Of a stretch of 64,000 nucleotides of DNA, positions 12,196 through 21,627 are shown in pieces. The stretch is from an uncultured Acidobacteriota bacterium (GTDB lineage Bacteria > Acidobacteriota > Thermoanaerobaculia > UBA5066 > Gp7-AA6), in contig CAVZKA010000001.1 in assembly GCA_963775725.1 (NCBI GenBank), forward strand, positions 1,609,468 to 1,673,467. The letters run 5' to 3'. The notes below the pieces were generated by a model. That model did not search any database and was not told the DNA's origin. It saw only the letters and a list, made by a program, of their open reading frames with translations. The translations under genes and the position numbers were made by a program. Position 1 is the first letter of the stretch. Every line of letters begins with the position of its first letter.

Positions 12196-13515
12196 TCAGG
12201 CGTAGAGGGAGAGGAAGTGCTCCCGGTAGCGCGCTTCGCCGAACGCGAGCCGCCGGTTCTCTCCAGCCGCGAGCGCCCCGTGCTGGAACCGGCGCTTCGG
12301 GAATACGGGCATCGCGATGCCCATCACCGACTCCACGCCGCGGCGCACGACCTCGCCCTTGAGGGCATAGAGGCGCTCGGTGTCGCCCGCGGCCAGGTCT
12401 GCAAACGGGATCGCCTCCGCGACGGCGACGACCGCCGGCCGCGTGAAGGGGCTGAAGCCCTCGAAGCCATAGCGCCGCAGGGGAGCGTAGGTGCGGCTGT
12501 ACGAGCGGCTCTGTCCGCCCGAGTACGTCAGGGAGTGCTTCATCTTTCCGACGCCCCAGCCTTCCTGGTAGAGCAGCGGATTGTTCACGACGCTGCGGAT
12601 CGTCAGCTCCGGGTTCTCCTCGATCGGGTAGTCCTTCAGGTTCTCGTCGCCGCCGTCGCCATCGAGGAGGTATCGCCAGTCCGGATAACGCTCCCGGATG
12701 CCCCGGCAGAGCGCGAGCGCCATGGTCGCCGACTCGATGTCGAGAGGCTTGTAGTCCTCGACGACGCGCACCGCCTCGAAGGGGTCGACGGCGCCGGGCG
12801 CGGCCTCGACCGGCTCGAGGAAGAGGCCGAGTCCGAGCGGCGCGAGGAAGGCGCGGGCCTGCGCGAGGTCCTCGCCGCCGCCGATCGAGAGCGTGAACGC
12901 CTTGAGCCGCCCGAGATTGCCGCCGGACGCGCGCAGGACGTGGTGCGCCGCGAGGAACACGGCGCCGCTGTCGATGCCGCCCGAGAAACAGACGCCGATC
13001 GGCTCGCGTTCGGGAACCGCCCGGACCCACTTGGCGACCTCGTCCGCGAGTGCGGCGACGTAGCGCGGACCGATCGCCGCCGGGTCCGGCGGCAGGGCGT
13101 TGCGCTCGGGAGTGAAGTAGCGCGTGTACGTGGGCGCCGGGTCCGGGCATCCGAGCAGCTCGATCTCGACGACGTAGTGCGCCGGAACCATCCGCGTGTA
13201 GCTCGGATGGAACTGGCCGTCGAGGCCCTCGCTCGCGAGAAACGCGTGGATCGCGTCGATGCGGTCGGAGACGACGAGCGCCGGCCCCGCCGCCTGCTTC
13301 GCGAGGAAGTACCGCAGGGGGCGGTCGAGAGAGCGGGCGAGGACGACCCGCCGCCCGTCGCGCGCCACGAGGGCGAAGGAGCCGTCGATCCCGCGCACGG
13401 CGTCGGGGCTGCCGCCGGCCAGAACCGCCCGCGCTTCGTCGAGGGTCATGTTGTGGATGCGATTGCGGGCCGGATCGGTGAGATCGATCACGCGCTCGAC
13501 GTACTGGTCGTTCAT
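12196..13515 (-). CDS. Asparagine-synthetase-like ATP pyrophosphatase (no N-terminal catalytic Cys)
   Basis: ATG 13515 after a GGGAGGAG RBS; FSGGIDSG PP-loop, DGDGGDE, IDGSFALV. Confidence 0.8.
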   Translation of the reverse strand: MNDQYVERVIDLTDPARNRIHNMTLDEARAVLAGGSPDAVRGIDGSFALVARDGRRVVLARSLDRPLRYFLAKQAAGPALVVSDRIDAIHAFLASEGLDGQFHPSYTRMVPAHYVVEIELLGCPDPAPTYTRYFTPERNALPPDPAAIGPRYVAALADEVAKWVRAVPEREPIGVCFSGGIDSGAVFLAAHHVLRASGGNLGRLKAFTLSIGGGEDLAQARAFLAPLGLGLFLEPVEAAPGAVDPFEAVRVVEDYKPLDIESATMALALCRGIRERYPDWRYLLDGDGGDENLKDYPIEENPELTIRSVVNNPLLYQEGWGVGKMKHSLTYSGGQSRSYSRTYAPLRRYGFEGFSPFTRPAVVAVAEAIPFADLAAGDTERLYALKGEVVRRGVESVMGIAMPVFPKRRFQHGALAAGENRRLAFGEARYREHFLSLYA

Positions 13516-13610
13516 GAGCTGGCTCCTCCCATCGCCCACGCATCCTACAGCGGTCTCGAGGGTGCGATCCGCGAGAGACAACGGGGCGTAGATCGTTTAG
13601 AATGAGAGGA

Positions 13611-14543
13611 ATGCCTGTGACATCGTCGAGGCTACCGATGCCGGCCGTACAGCCGGCCGTCGGCGGTTCTTTGTCCGCCCTGGTCGCCGCGGCGCGGCCC
13701 AAGCAGTGGATCAAGAATCTCGTTCTGCCCCTGCCGTTTCTCTTCGGCCGGGCCCTCGGGACGCCCGCCGGCTGGCTGCTGGCGGCGGCGGGTTTCGTCG
13801 TGTTCAGCTGCATCGCGAGCGGGATCTACATCGTCAACGACGTGATGGACCGGGAGCGGGACCGTGCCCACCCCGAGAAGCGCCACCGGCCGCTTGCTTC
13901 GGGCCGTCTGGCCGTGTCGACCGCGGTCGCGGCGGCGGTCGTCATGGAGATCGCCGGCCTCGCGGCCGCGTTCCTGCTGCGCGCCGACTTCGGGCGATGG
14001 TGCGCCGCGTATGCCGCCCTGATGATCGCCTACTCGCTCGTGCTCAAGCGGATCCCGTTCCTGGAGGCGCTGATCGTGGCCGCGGGCATGCCGCTGCGGG
14101 CGCTGGCGGGCGCGGCGCTGGCGGGCGTCTTCCCCTCGCGGTTCCTGCTGATCTGCGCGTACCTGCTGGCCCTCTTCCTCGTTGCCGGCAAGCGCCAGTG
14201 GGAGTTTCACAACGCCGGTGAGCGCTCGTCCTCCGAGCACCGGCCCGCACTGGCGGCCTATCGCGCGGAGGGGCTGGACTACCTGTTCATCGTCACGGGT
14301 CTGACGACCGTTTCGGCATACAGCGCCTACAGCGTGCTCGGGACGACGGCGGCCCACTATGGCCAGTCGCTGGCGGCCACGGTGCCGTTCGTCGTCCTCG
14401 GCCTCGCCCGATACATGCACCTCGTCTACCGCCGCGGGGGAGGGGGCAGTCCCACCCAGGCCCTCCTCGTCGACGACTCGTGGCTCCTGGTCATCGTGGT
14501 TGGCTGGGTGGCGACAGCAGGATGGATCATCTATGGTCACTGA
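13611..14543 (+). CDS. UbiA-family prenyltransferase (decaprenyl-phosphate phosphoribosyltransferase-like)
   Basis: RPKQWIKN, YIVNDVMDRERDRAHPEKRHRPLASG, GKR; multiple TM segments. Start uncertain (13602, 13611 or 13638). Confidence 0.85.
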   Translation: MPVTSSRLPMPAVQPAVGGSLSALVAAARPKQWIKNLVLPLPFLFGRALGTPAGWLLAAAGFVVFSCIASGIYIVNDVMDRERDRAHPEKRHRPLASGRLAVSTAVAAAVVMEIAGLAAAFLLRADFGRWCAAYAALMIAYSLVLKRIPFLEALIVAAGMPLRALAGAALAGVFPSRFLLICAYLLALFLVAGKRQWEFHNAGERSSSEHRPALAAYRAEGLDYLFIVTGLTTVSAYSAYSVLGTTAAHYGQSLAATVPFVVLGLARYMHLVYRRGGGGSPTQALLVDDSWLLVIVVGWVATAGWIIYGH

Positions 14544-15327
14544 TCGGGAAGTCGGGGGCATGAAGGGCATTCCTCCCATCGAACGCCCGGTGCGTCTCGG
14601 CGTCGGGTTCCTCGCCTACAACGAAGAGGAGCTGATCGCGAAGACGGTCGGCGAGGCCGTCGCGTCGCTGTCGGCGATACCGGGCCTCACCTGGCACGTG
14701 GTCGTCGTCAACGACGGCAGCAAGGACCGGACGGGCGAGATTGCCGAGGATCTGTCGAAAAAGGACCCGCGCGTGTCCGTCGTGCACCACGACGGCAACA
14801 AGGGCTACGCGGTCGCGACGGAGACGGCACTGCGCAACGTGCCCGGCGAAGTCGTCATGGTGGTGGACGGCGACGGGCAGCACACGATGGCCGACGCCCC
14901 GCTGTTTCTCACGGCGATCGACCAGGGCTACGACGTCGTCTTCTGCTGGAAAAAGGTGCGGCACGACCCCGTCGGCCGGCTGATCCTCTCGCGCGGCCTG
15001 CGCATCCTGTCCCACTGGATCCTCGGCTCGCCGCTGCACGACATCAACGCGGGCTGCCGCGCCTTTCGCAAGGACGTGGCCCGGCGGATCGAGATCAAGC
15101 ACCGGATCAACTTCGTGGGCGACGAGATCTACGCCCGCTGCCGGATCGCGGGCTGGAAGGTCACGGAGGTCGTCGTGCGGCACTTCCCGCGCGAGGCCGG
15201 CCAGTCGATCCACCGGCCCTTCAAGATGCTCGGGACGATCTGGCGGGTGATCCGATACCTCTTCGACCTGCGCGCCGAGATGAACCAGGCCGAGCAGCTG
15301 CGCCGTCTCGTGGTGAAGTCGAAGTGA
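14533..15327 (+). CDS. GT2 glycosyltransferase (polyprenol-phosphate sugar synthase-like)
   Basis: AYNEEE, VVNDGSKDRT, VDGDGQH, HDINAGCRAF. Confidence 0.88.
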   Translation: MVTDREVGGMKGIPPIERPVRLGVGFLAYNEEELIAKTVGEAVASLSAIPGLTWHVVVVNDGSKDRTGEIAEDLSKKDPRVSVVHHDGNKGYAVATETALRNVPGEVVMVVDGDGQHTMADAPLFLTAIDQGYDVVFCWKKVRHDPVGRLILSRGLRILSHWILGSPLHDINAGCRAFRKDVARRIEIKHRINFVGDEIYARCRIAGWKVTEVVVRHFPREAGQSIHRPFKMLGTIWRVIRYLFDLRAEMNQAEQLRRLVVKSK

Positions 15328-16682
15328 GCGGCGGAATCGTCATCCTCGGCGCCGGGCCGACGGGACTCGGCGCGGCGTACCGGCTGCGCGAGCGGGGCGA
15401 GAGCGAGTTCGAGATCTTCGAGCGCTCCGGGCAGGTGGGCGGTCTCGCGACGAGCTTCGTCGATCCGAAGGGATGGACCTGGGACGTCTCGGGCCACATC
15501 ATTTTCTCGGGCTTCAAGTACTTCAACGAGTTCCTGGGCAAGGTCCTTGGGCCAGACGGCATCCGCTGGATCGACCGCGAGAGCTGGATCAAGTTCGAGG
15601 ACAAGTACGTCCGCTATCCCTTCCAGAACCACCTGTCGTCGCTGCCCGAGCAGGCGATGCTCGAGTGCCTGATCGGCCTCGTCGAGTCGCAGACGATCGA
15701 CAAGGACCGGGCGTTCCGGAACTTTGAAGAGTGGGTGCTCGCGAAGTTCGGCGCGGGCGTCGCGAAGCACTTCATGAACCCGTACAACTTCAAAGTCTGG
15801 GCGACGCCCTTGAAGGAGATGGGTTACTACTGGATCGCAGAGCGCGTTTCGGTCGTCGAGTGGCGAAAGGCCATCGCGGCGACGGTGTCGTCGAAGACCA
15901 CCGACTGGGGACCGAACGCGAAGTTCGGCTATCCGCTCCACGGCGGAACGCTCGGCCTCTGGAAGGCCGTGCTGCCGTTCGTGGGCGACCGCGTCCGATA
16001 CCACAAGCGCGCGATCGGCGTGAACGAGGAGAAGCGGGAGATCGAGTTCTCCGACGGCACGACCCGCCAGTACGACAAGCTCCTGACGACGCTCCCGCTC
16101 GAGGCTTTCGTGTCGCGCCTGAAGCACGCGCCCGAGGCGGTCCGCGAGGCTGCGCAGAAGCTGCTCTTCAACCGGCTCTTCTCGGTCGGCGTGGGTCTCA
16201 AGCGCCCGTCGCCGTCGGACAAGAACTGGATCTACTTTCCGAACCCGAAGACGCCGTTCTACCGGATGACCTACCTCTCCAACTACTCCCCAGAGATCGT
16301 ACCGGGCGGCGACACCAGCAAGTACTTCTCGGTCCTGACCGAGACCTCGTACTCGAAGTTCAAGCCGTTGCCTGATGGCGATTTCGGCGAGGCGGTCGTC
16401 GACGGCCTCGTGGCGGAAGGGATCCTGCAGCCGTTGGACCTGCCGCTCATCGAGACGATCTTCCTCATCCACGCCGGGCACTCGTACCCGATTCCCTCGG
16501 TCGACCGCAACGCGTCGCTCGACGTCATCCACGCCTACCTCGAGCCCCGCGGCATTTATTCACGCGGCCGCTTCGGGTCCTGGAAGTACGAGATCGGCAA
16601 CCAGGACCACTCGCTCATGCAGGGGGTCGAGCTCGTGGATCGATGGATGGACGGGACGGAGGAGAAGGTGTTTCGGAGCTGA
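15324..16682 (+). CDS. FAD-dependent oxidoreductase (protoporphyrinogen-oxidase / UDP-galactopyranose-mutase-like fold)
   Basis: ILGAGPTGLGAA...VGGLA; PYNFKVWA; SRGRFGSWKYEIGNQDHSLMQG. Confidence 0.85.
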   Translation: MSGGIVILGAGPTGLGAAYRLRERGESEFEIFERSGQVGGLATSFVDPKGWTWDVSGHIIFSGFKYFNEFLGKVLGPDGIRWIDRESWIKFEDKYVRYPFQNHLSSLPEQAMLECLIGLVESQTIDKDRAFRNFEEWVLAKFGAGVAKHFMNPYNFKVWATPLKEMGYYWIAERVSVVEWRKAIAATVSSKTTDWGPNAKFGYPLHGGTLGLWKAVLPFVGDRVRYHKRAIGVNEEKREIEFSDGTTRQYDKLLTTLPLEAFVSRLKHAPEAVREAAQKLLFNRLFSVGVGLKRPSPSDKNWIYFPNPKTPFYRMTYLSNYSPEIVPGGDTSKYFSVLTETSYSKFKPLPDGDFGEAVVDGLVAEGILQPLDLPLIETIFLIHAGHSYPIPSVDRNASLDVIHAYLEPRGIYSRGRFGSWKYEIGNQDHSLMQGVELVDRWMDGTEEKVFRS

Positions 16683-16728
16683 CTCCGGTCGCAATTTCGC
16701 CTCCGGCAAGTCCAAAAGGGGGTAGGCG

Positions 16729-17030
16729 ATGACCACGATCGGAAGAGTTGGAAGGGTGGTCGCGTTGGGTCTCGGCGCTTCCGCCCTCATGTTCGGCCAA
16801 CCATGGCCGGCACAGAAGAGCGCGCCCAACTTCGGCACGCAGAACGTGACGATTACCGGGTTCCCGCATACGAGTTCTCGCCGCTCAATGACGACGCTTA
16901 CTTGAATGGAGCACACCACGATCGTCACTCCAACGGGTCCACCGCCAACTTCGTCACCGTTGGTCAAATCAGCGGGCATGATTCGTTTGCTGCGGTCGCT
17001 TCGGTCGGTCTCGCGGCTGAGAGCAGGTAG
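16729..17030 (+). pseudogene. Truncated, frameshifted relic of an SLH-array paralog (N-terminal part only)
   Basis: RBS plus ATG 16729; signal-peptide-like MTTIGRVGRVVALGLGASALMFGQ, then PNFGTQ. Continues in another frame as YRVPAYEFSP, matching PATYGT...YRMGGSEFTP and PDFGTAQ...RIGGSEFVP of the intact paralogs. No SLH end. Confidence 0.6.
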
Positions 17031-17137
17031 GCCGTGTGCTAGGCTGTGCTATTCCTACCGGGAGCCCTCTCGCAGCATCAGGAGTCCCAAACCCGCCGCA
17101 AGCGCCTGCGGATTCGCAGCGCGCCAAAGGAGACCGC

Positions 17138-17929
17138 ATGCATCGAAGACAGACCGTTTCGTTTGCGATTCTCGTCGCCGGAGCGCTCGCGACGTCCGCG
17201 CTGGCGCAGGAGACGCCGAGCGTCGTGAAGCCGAACAGGCCCGCGCTTCCGTCGCAGCCCCTCAAGGATCAGGCTCCGGCAACCTACGGAACCAGCTACA
17301 GCAGCTTCTACCGCATGGGAGGCTCGGAGTTCACCCCGGTCGAGGTTCCCGGGGTCGACAACTACTCCGACACCTTTTACTCGGGCGGCACATCTTACAG
17401 GCGTTTCGGGACGGTCGGCGCCGGCTACTTTATCGGTACCCCTCATCTGCCATCGGGCGCCAAGGTGATCGGCGTCATCGTCAACGGTTGCGTCGCCAGC
17501 ACCGGCTCGCTCCATGGCACCGTCCAGTCGTGCAGTTATTTCGGAAGCTCCTGCGTGGAGCTCGCGCCATACCTCGGGACCACGGGCTGCGGAACGGATT
17601 ACATCGATCTCGCCCCGGCGGGCTACGTCGTGGACAACAGCCGCTATGGTGACCAGCTCGTAATCCGCCTCATCACGAATGCCACCGACGGTTCCGACAG
17701 CTTCTCCGGCGTGACCATCGAGTATCAACTCCAGGTCAGCCCCGCGCCGATCACAGCGACCTTTCCGGACGTCCCGACCTCGGACTTCGGATTCCAGTAT
17801 GTCGAGGCGCTCGTCAAGGCCGGTGTCACGGGCGGTTGCGGCGGCGGAAACTACTGCCCCGACAGTTTCGTGACGCGGCGCCAGATGGCGATCTTCATCG
17901 CCAAGGCGCTGGGCCTTCAGTGGAACTAG
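17138..17929 (+). CDS. Secreted protein with C-terminal SLH-type domain (array copy 1)
   Basis: AAAGGAG RBS, signal peptide, C-terminus FPDVPTSDFGFQYVEALVKAGVTGGCGGGNYCPDSFVTRRQMAIFIAKALGL. Confidence 0.85.
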   Translation: MHRRQTVSFAILVAGALATSALAQETPSVVKPNRPALPSQPLKDQAPATYGTSYSSFYRMGGSEFTPVEVPGVDNYSDTFYSGGTSYRRFGTVGAGYFIGTPHLPSGAKVIGVIVNGCVASTGSLHGTVQSCSYFGSSCVELAPYLGTTGCGTDYIDLAPAGYVVDNSRYGDQLVIRLITNATDGSDSFSGVTIEYQLQVSPAPITATFPDVPTSDFGFQYVEALVKAGVTGGCGGGNYCPDSFVTRRQMAIFIAKALGLQWN

Positions 17930-17954
17930 GTTAGGCCCTCCGCCCGCATCCTCG

Positions 17955-17983
17955 CGGCCGGCCTTCGGGCCGGCCGTTTCGTT
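17955..17983 (+). terminator. Conserved hairpin / probable intrinsic terminator (copy 1 of 5)
   Basis: CGGCCGGCC-TTCG-GGCCGGCCG followed by TTTCGTT. Confidence 0.7.
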
Positions 17984-18063
17984 CCCAGGCCGCCGAGCGG
18001 CTGGAGCCTGTCGTTCGCCCTGGACCAGTTTGCGGAGTCTTGTCTTGGGGCCATCGTGTATTT

Positions 18064-18119
18064 CTGTAGTTCGCGGGTGGAAATGGAGTGAAGTCAGGAA
18101 CGCACGGCTGACCCCATCG
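18064..18119 (+). repeat. 56-bp junction motif, copy 1
   Basis: Ungapped match to 21678-21733, 45 of 56 identical by manual count. Confidence 0.8.
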
Positions 18120-18120
18120 G

Positions 18121-18333
18121 CGCCGGGGGCCCACTCGTACCCGATTCCCTCGAGCTAGCGAAATGCTTCACTCGATACGATTCACGCCGATCGAGTCGTG
18201 CGGCATCTTCTCCCGCGGCCGCTTTGGGTCGTGGAAGTACGAGATCGGCAACCAGGACCAATCCCTCATGCAGGGCGTCGAGCTGGTGGACCGATGGATG
18301 GACGGAGCGGAGGAGAAGGTGTTCCGGTCGTAA
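18121..18333 (+). pseudogene. Degenerate duplicate of the 3' end of the 15324-16682 oxidoreductase
   Basis: HSYPIPS...GIFSRGRFGSWKYEIGNQDQSLMQGVELVDRWMDGAEEKVFRS*, with a stop and an indel in its 5' part. Confidence 0.9.
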
Positions 18334-18577
18334 GGAGGGATGCACATGGAGGCCGGCCTGGATACTTTCCGCAGTCCTGGCCGGGCTGGACACCTTCGGC
18401 TGTTTGTTTGACCCTATGCGCGCAAGAAAAGCAGCCGAGCTCCAGCCGAAAAGGTCGAAGAACTGGTAAAATAGGCATCATTTCCAGCACACTGGCTATC
18501 CCCAGGAAACAACCGACCGGAGCATCGTCGTTGCCGGCCGCGTGGTCGAACCCAGTTGTTCGAAAAGGAGAATGAGG

Positions 18578-19342
18578 ATGCGTAAGCGGGGTGTTCTGAC
18601 TCTGGTGATCTCGTGTCTGGCTCTCGCGTTACCCCTTCAGGCCGCAAACCCGCGAAAAGGGTCGGCAACGGCAGCGCCGCGAGGAATCGTCGGCGTTCCG
18701 CCCCACAGCCCGGAGTACGGTCTGGGCGATTATTCGGTGACCTCGACCTGGACCGGGGGAATGGCAGTCGCGTACCAGCCGGCCACCATTTTCAAGATCA
18801 ACGACGGGAACGGTTTCTACTATATGACCGCCGGTCCCGAGGACATGGCCGGCGGGATCAGCATCCCGTCGGGCGTGGACATCGAATTCCTGGCCTTCGA
18901 GAACTGCGACACCGTCGGAGGCCGGTGGGCGATGTATCTCTACGACGGCGACACGGAGATCGACTCCTTCACCAGCACGGCGAAGACCGGGTGCGGGTGG
19001 GAGTATCACCCGTTGTCGGCGCTCGGATACCCGTATAACGCCAACGAGTATCACAGCCTCGAGATCTACGTGCTCCAGAACCCGTCTGCCCCCACCGATG
19101 GTTCCGACGGCGTCCGCGGTCTCAACGTCTACTGGCTGCGCAAGGTGAGCCCCGCGCCCGCGATGCAGACCTTCCTCGATGTGGCGCCGGGGGATTTCGG
19201 TTACCAGTACATCGAAGCTCTGGCGGCTTCGGGGATCACGGGCGGCTGCGGTGGCGGCAACTACTGCCCCAATGGCACGCTGACCCGGGCACAGATGGCG
19301 ATTTTCATCTCCAAGGCGCTCGGTCTCTTCTGGCCCCGGTAG
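18578..19342 (+). CDS. Secreted protein with C-terminal SLH-type domain (array copy 2)
   Basis: AAGGAG RBS, signal peptide, FLDVAPGDFGYQYIEALAASGITGGCGGGNYCPNGTLTRAQMAIFISKALGL. Extended -10-like TGGTAAAAT at 18464-18472. Confidence 0.85.
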   Translation: MRKRGVLTLVISCLALALPLQAANPRKGSATAAPRGIVGVPPHSPEYGLGDYSVTSTWTGGMAVAYQPATIFKINDGNGFYYMTAGPEDMAGGISIPSGVDIEFLAFENCDTVGGRWAMYLYDGDTEIDSFTSTAKTGCGWEYHPLSALGYPYNANEYHSLEIYVLQNPSAPTDGSDGVRGLNVYWLRKVSPAPAMQTFLDVAPGDFGYQYIEALAASGITGGCGGGNYCPNGTLTRAQMAIFISKALGLFWPR

Positions 19343-19364
19343 GATCACTGGATCGCTGCTCTGG

Positions 19365-19395
19365 ACGGCCGGCCTTCGGGCCGGCCGTCTCGTTT
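19365..19395 (+). terminator. Conserved hairpin (copy 2 of 5)
   Basis: ACGGCCGGCC-TTCG-GGCCGGCCGT followed by CTCGTTT. Confidence 0.7.
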
Positions 19396-19437
19396 CGGGC
19401 TCCGTGAGCGGCTGGAATCGTCCGACCCAGGGCCGCC

Positions 19438-19560
19438 TTGAACATTAACGAGACCCAGACAGGAATGCGCCGGTTGGCGCCGTGGCTCGGCCTCGCCGGC
19501 CTGACGGCGCTCGTGGTGGCGACCACCTCCATGGAAGAGCAGGCGCTCGACTGGGGCCGT
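19438..19560 (+). pseudogene. Degenerate duplicate of the 5' end of the 23097-25061 glycosyltransferase
   Basis: TTG...GMRRLAPWLGLAGLTALVVATTSM aligns codon for codon with TTG...GLRRVAPWLGLIGLAALVAASTAM at 23097. Confidence 0.8.
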
Positions 19561-19636
19561 TTCTCTCCAAGGCTCTTGGCCTGAACTGGGCGCAGTAGGC
19601 AACCCGCCTGCCGTCGCGACTGCGCGGGCATGAAGC

Positions 19637-19680
19637 CGCCAGATGGCGATCTTGATCGCCGGAGCGATCGGCCTCTCGCT
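19637..19680 (+). pseudogene. Orphan 3' tail of an SLH-array gene
   Basis: RQMAILIAGAIGLS, followed by hairpin copy 3. Confidence 0.65.
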
Positions 19681-19707
19681 CAACGAGGCTTTTGATTCGG
19701 ATAGCTC

Positions 19708-19740
19708 AACGGCCGGCCTTCGGGCTGGCCGTTTCGCTTT
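19708..19740 (+). terminator. Conserved hairpin (copy 3 of 5)
   Basis: AACGGCCGGCC-TTCG-GGCTGGCCGTT followed by TCGCTTT. Confidence 0.65.
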
Positions 19741-19786
19741 CGACGTTCGTGCCGGGTAGCATCTTCGCATCTACCTAGGAGGATCT

Positions 19787-20563
19787 ATGAAAGCGCTCGT
19801 TTGGACTTTCGCTGTGGCGATTTCCGCGTGGCCCCTTCCGACGCAGGGCGGGGCCCAGGGGGGGCGGACTGCTGCCGTCAGCCTCGTGGTTCACGCCGGG
19901 GCCGGCCCGAAGACACCCGCATGGGGAACCGGCGGGACGACGTACGACAACATCGGCGCCGCCGAGTTCCTCCCCAAAGACTCGATTTCGACCTACGGGA
20001 CCTTCGGGTCGCCGTCCGGACGCTACGCGACTTCTTCGGGGGCCCGCTTCCAGGCGACGCCGCACATTCCGGGCGGCGCGCTTCTCACGTACATGGAGTT
20101 CGACTACTGCGACGAGGACCTGTCTGGCGCCCTGACGCTGACGCTCTACGACTGCGACTATCTGGGCAACTGCGGGAATCAGCTGGGCTTCATCGAGACG
20201 CCGGTCAATACGCTCGACTGCGGCAACTACATGTGGGTGGACCTCGCGCCCCTCGGCTACACCGTGAACAACTACAGTCGGAGGCTGCTTCTCGAAGTCA
20301 CGACGGGCAGCGGAACTATCGACAAGTCGTTCTACGGCGCGGTCCTCGGCTACAAGCTCCAGATCAGCCAGCCGCCGCCGACGCCGACCTTCAACGACGT
20401 TCCGGTGGCCGACATCGGCTACCAGTACATCGAAGCCCTGGCGGCCTCGGGAATCACCGGCGGCTGCGGGGGCGGAAACTTTTGCCCGGACAACCCCGTG
20501 ACGCGCCGACAGATGGCGATCTTCATCGCCAAGGCGCTCGGCCTGAGCTGGAGCGGATATTGA
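19787..20563 (+). CDS. Secreted protein with C-terminal SLH-type domain (array copy 3)
   Basis: AGGAGG RBS; FNDVPVADIGYQYIEALAASGITGGCGGGNFCPDNPVTRRQMAIFIAKALGL. Confidence 0.85.
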   Translation: MKALVWTFAVAISAWPLPTQGGAQGGRTAAVSLVVHAGAGPKTPAWGTGGTTYDNIGAAEFLPKDSISTYGTFGSPSGRYATSSGARFQATPHIPGGALLTYMEFDYCDEDLSGALTLTLYDCDYLGNCGNQLGFIETPVNTLDCGNYMWVDLAPLGYTVNNYSRRLLLEVTTGSGTIDKSFYGAVLGYKLQISQPPPTPTFNDVPVADIGYQYIEALAASGITGGCGGGNFCPDNPVTRRQMAIFIAKALGLSWSGY

Positions 20564-20607
20564 GCATCATGGGGGCGACGGCCGAGTCCGGTCCATGGAA
20601 TGCGCCG

Positions 20608-20664
20608 CGGCGCCAGATGGCGGTTTTCCTGGCCACGTTCCCGGGTCTCCGATCGTCCGACTGA
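20608..20664 (+). pseudogene. Orphan 3' tail of an SLH-array gene
   Basis: RRQMAVFLATFPGLRSSD*, 45 bp after the copy 3 stop. Confidence 0.65.
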
Positions 20665-20739
20665 CGGGCTGCAGGACAAAAGTGTTCGCTCCTACGTGCC
20701 GCTGTCGAGCGGGCGCATAGAATGCGCTTGGAGGTGTTT

Positions 20740-21627
20740 ATGTCGAAGAAATCCTGGATCGGCATGCTTTGCTTCGCCGCGCTTCTCTGGATGTGTTTGC
20801 CGGGCTCAGCGCTTGCCGGCGCACGTCATCATCAGCATCCGCAGGCCCGGCCCGGTACAACCGTGAGGCCCTCCAGGACCCACGGTCCGAATGCCTTCGG
20901 AGGGTCCCTGTACACGGTCTCGTCGATCTCGGACCTGGCCTTCTCGCCGTTTGATTCCGGCGTGACGTACAACGTGGACGACAGCGACTACTTCAAGTAC
21001 TCGAGCAACACGCCCGCGGACTTCGGATCGACCGTGGTCATTCCCGCCGGCGCGATCATCGACTACGTTGGCTTGAGCTCCTGCGACGAAGCCGGGGGCA
21101 ACATCGAGCTGGACGTCTACCGCGCCTACGCGGATGGCACGTTCGACACCATTGGGACCATCACGAGCTCCGCGCACGGGGCGGGGACTCCCTGCACCGT
21201 GGACTACAACGGGGCTGCCCTCGCGTATCAGAACGTCGAGAACGACGGTTCGAACATCCAGATCGACGTCTACCAGATGGGCGTGGACGACGGCAGCGTC
21301 CGATTCGGCGGGGTGGAGGTCTGGTGGTACACGGTCGTCAGTCCTGCTCCGGCGATGCCGACGTTCAACGACGTGCCGACGGACCATCCTTTCTACCAGT
21401 ACATCGAAGCTCTCTACACGTCGGGCATCACGGGAGGCTGCGGCTCGGGCAACTACTGCGCGGACAACCCGGTCACGCGAGGACAGATGGCGGTCTTCCT
21501 CTCCAAGGCCCTCGGACTGGCCTGGCCCTCCTGGCGTCGGCCCGGGTCGAAATCGAACGGCCGGCCTTCGGGCCGGCCGTTTCGTTTCCGGGCCTCCGGC
21601 GGCTACAATCTCCCGACACCTTCTTGA
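20740..21627 (+). CDS. Secreted protein with C-terminal SLH-type domain (array copy 4; reads through its terminator)
   Basis: GGAGG RBS; FNDVPTDHPFYQYIEALYTSGITGGCGSGNYCADNPVTRGQMAVFLSKALGLAWPS, then ~30 extra residues across the hairpin. Confidence 0.82.
   Translation: MSKKSWIGMLCFAALLWMCLPGSALAGARHHQHPQARPGTTVRPSRTHGPNAFGGSLYTVSSISDLAFSPFDSGVTYNVDDSDYFKYSSNTPADFGSTVVIPAGAIIDYVGLSSCDEAGGNIELDVYRAYADGTFDTIGTITSSAHGAGTPCTVDYNGAALAYQNVENDGSNIQIDVYQMGVDDGSVRFGGVEVWWYTVVSPAPAMPTFNDVPTDHPFYQYIEALYTSGITGGCGSGNYCADNPVTRGQMAVFLSKALGLAWPSWRRPGSKSNGRPSGRPFRFRASGGYNLPTPS
21556..21587 (+). terminator. Conserved hairpin (copy 4 of 5)
   Basis: AACGGCCGGCC-TTCG-GGCCGGCCGTT followed by TCGTTT. Confidence 0.7.

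Noticed and set aside
19592-19603. 12-bp match GCAGTAGGCAAC to the reverse complement of 9538-9549
   Set aside because: Too short to separate from chance without a genome-wide count.
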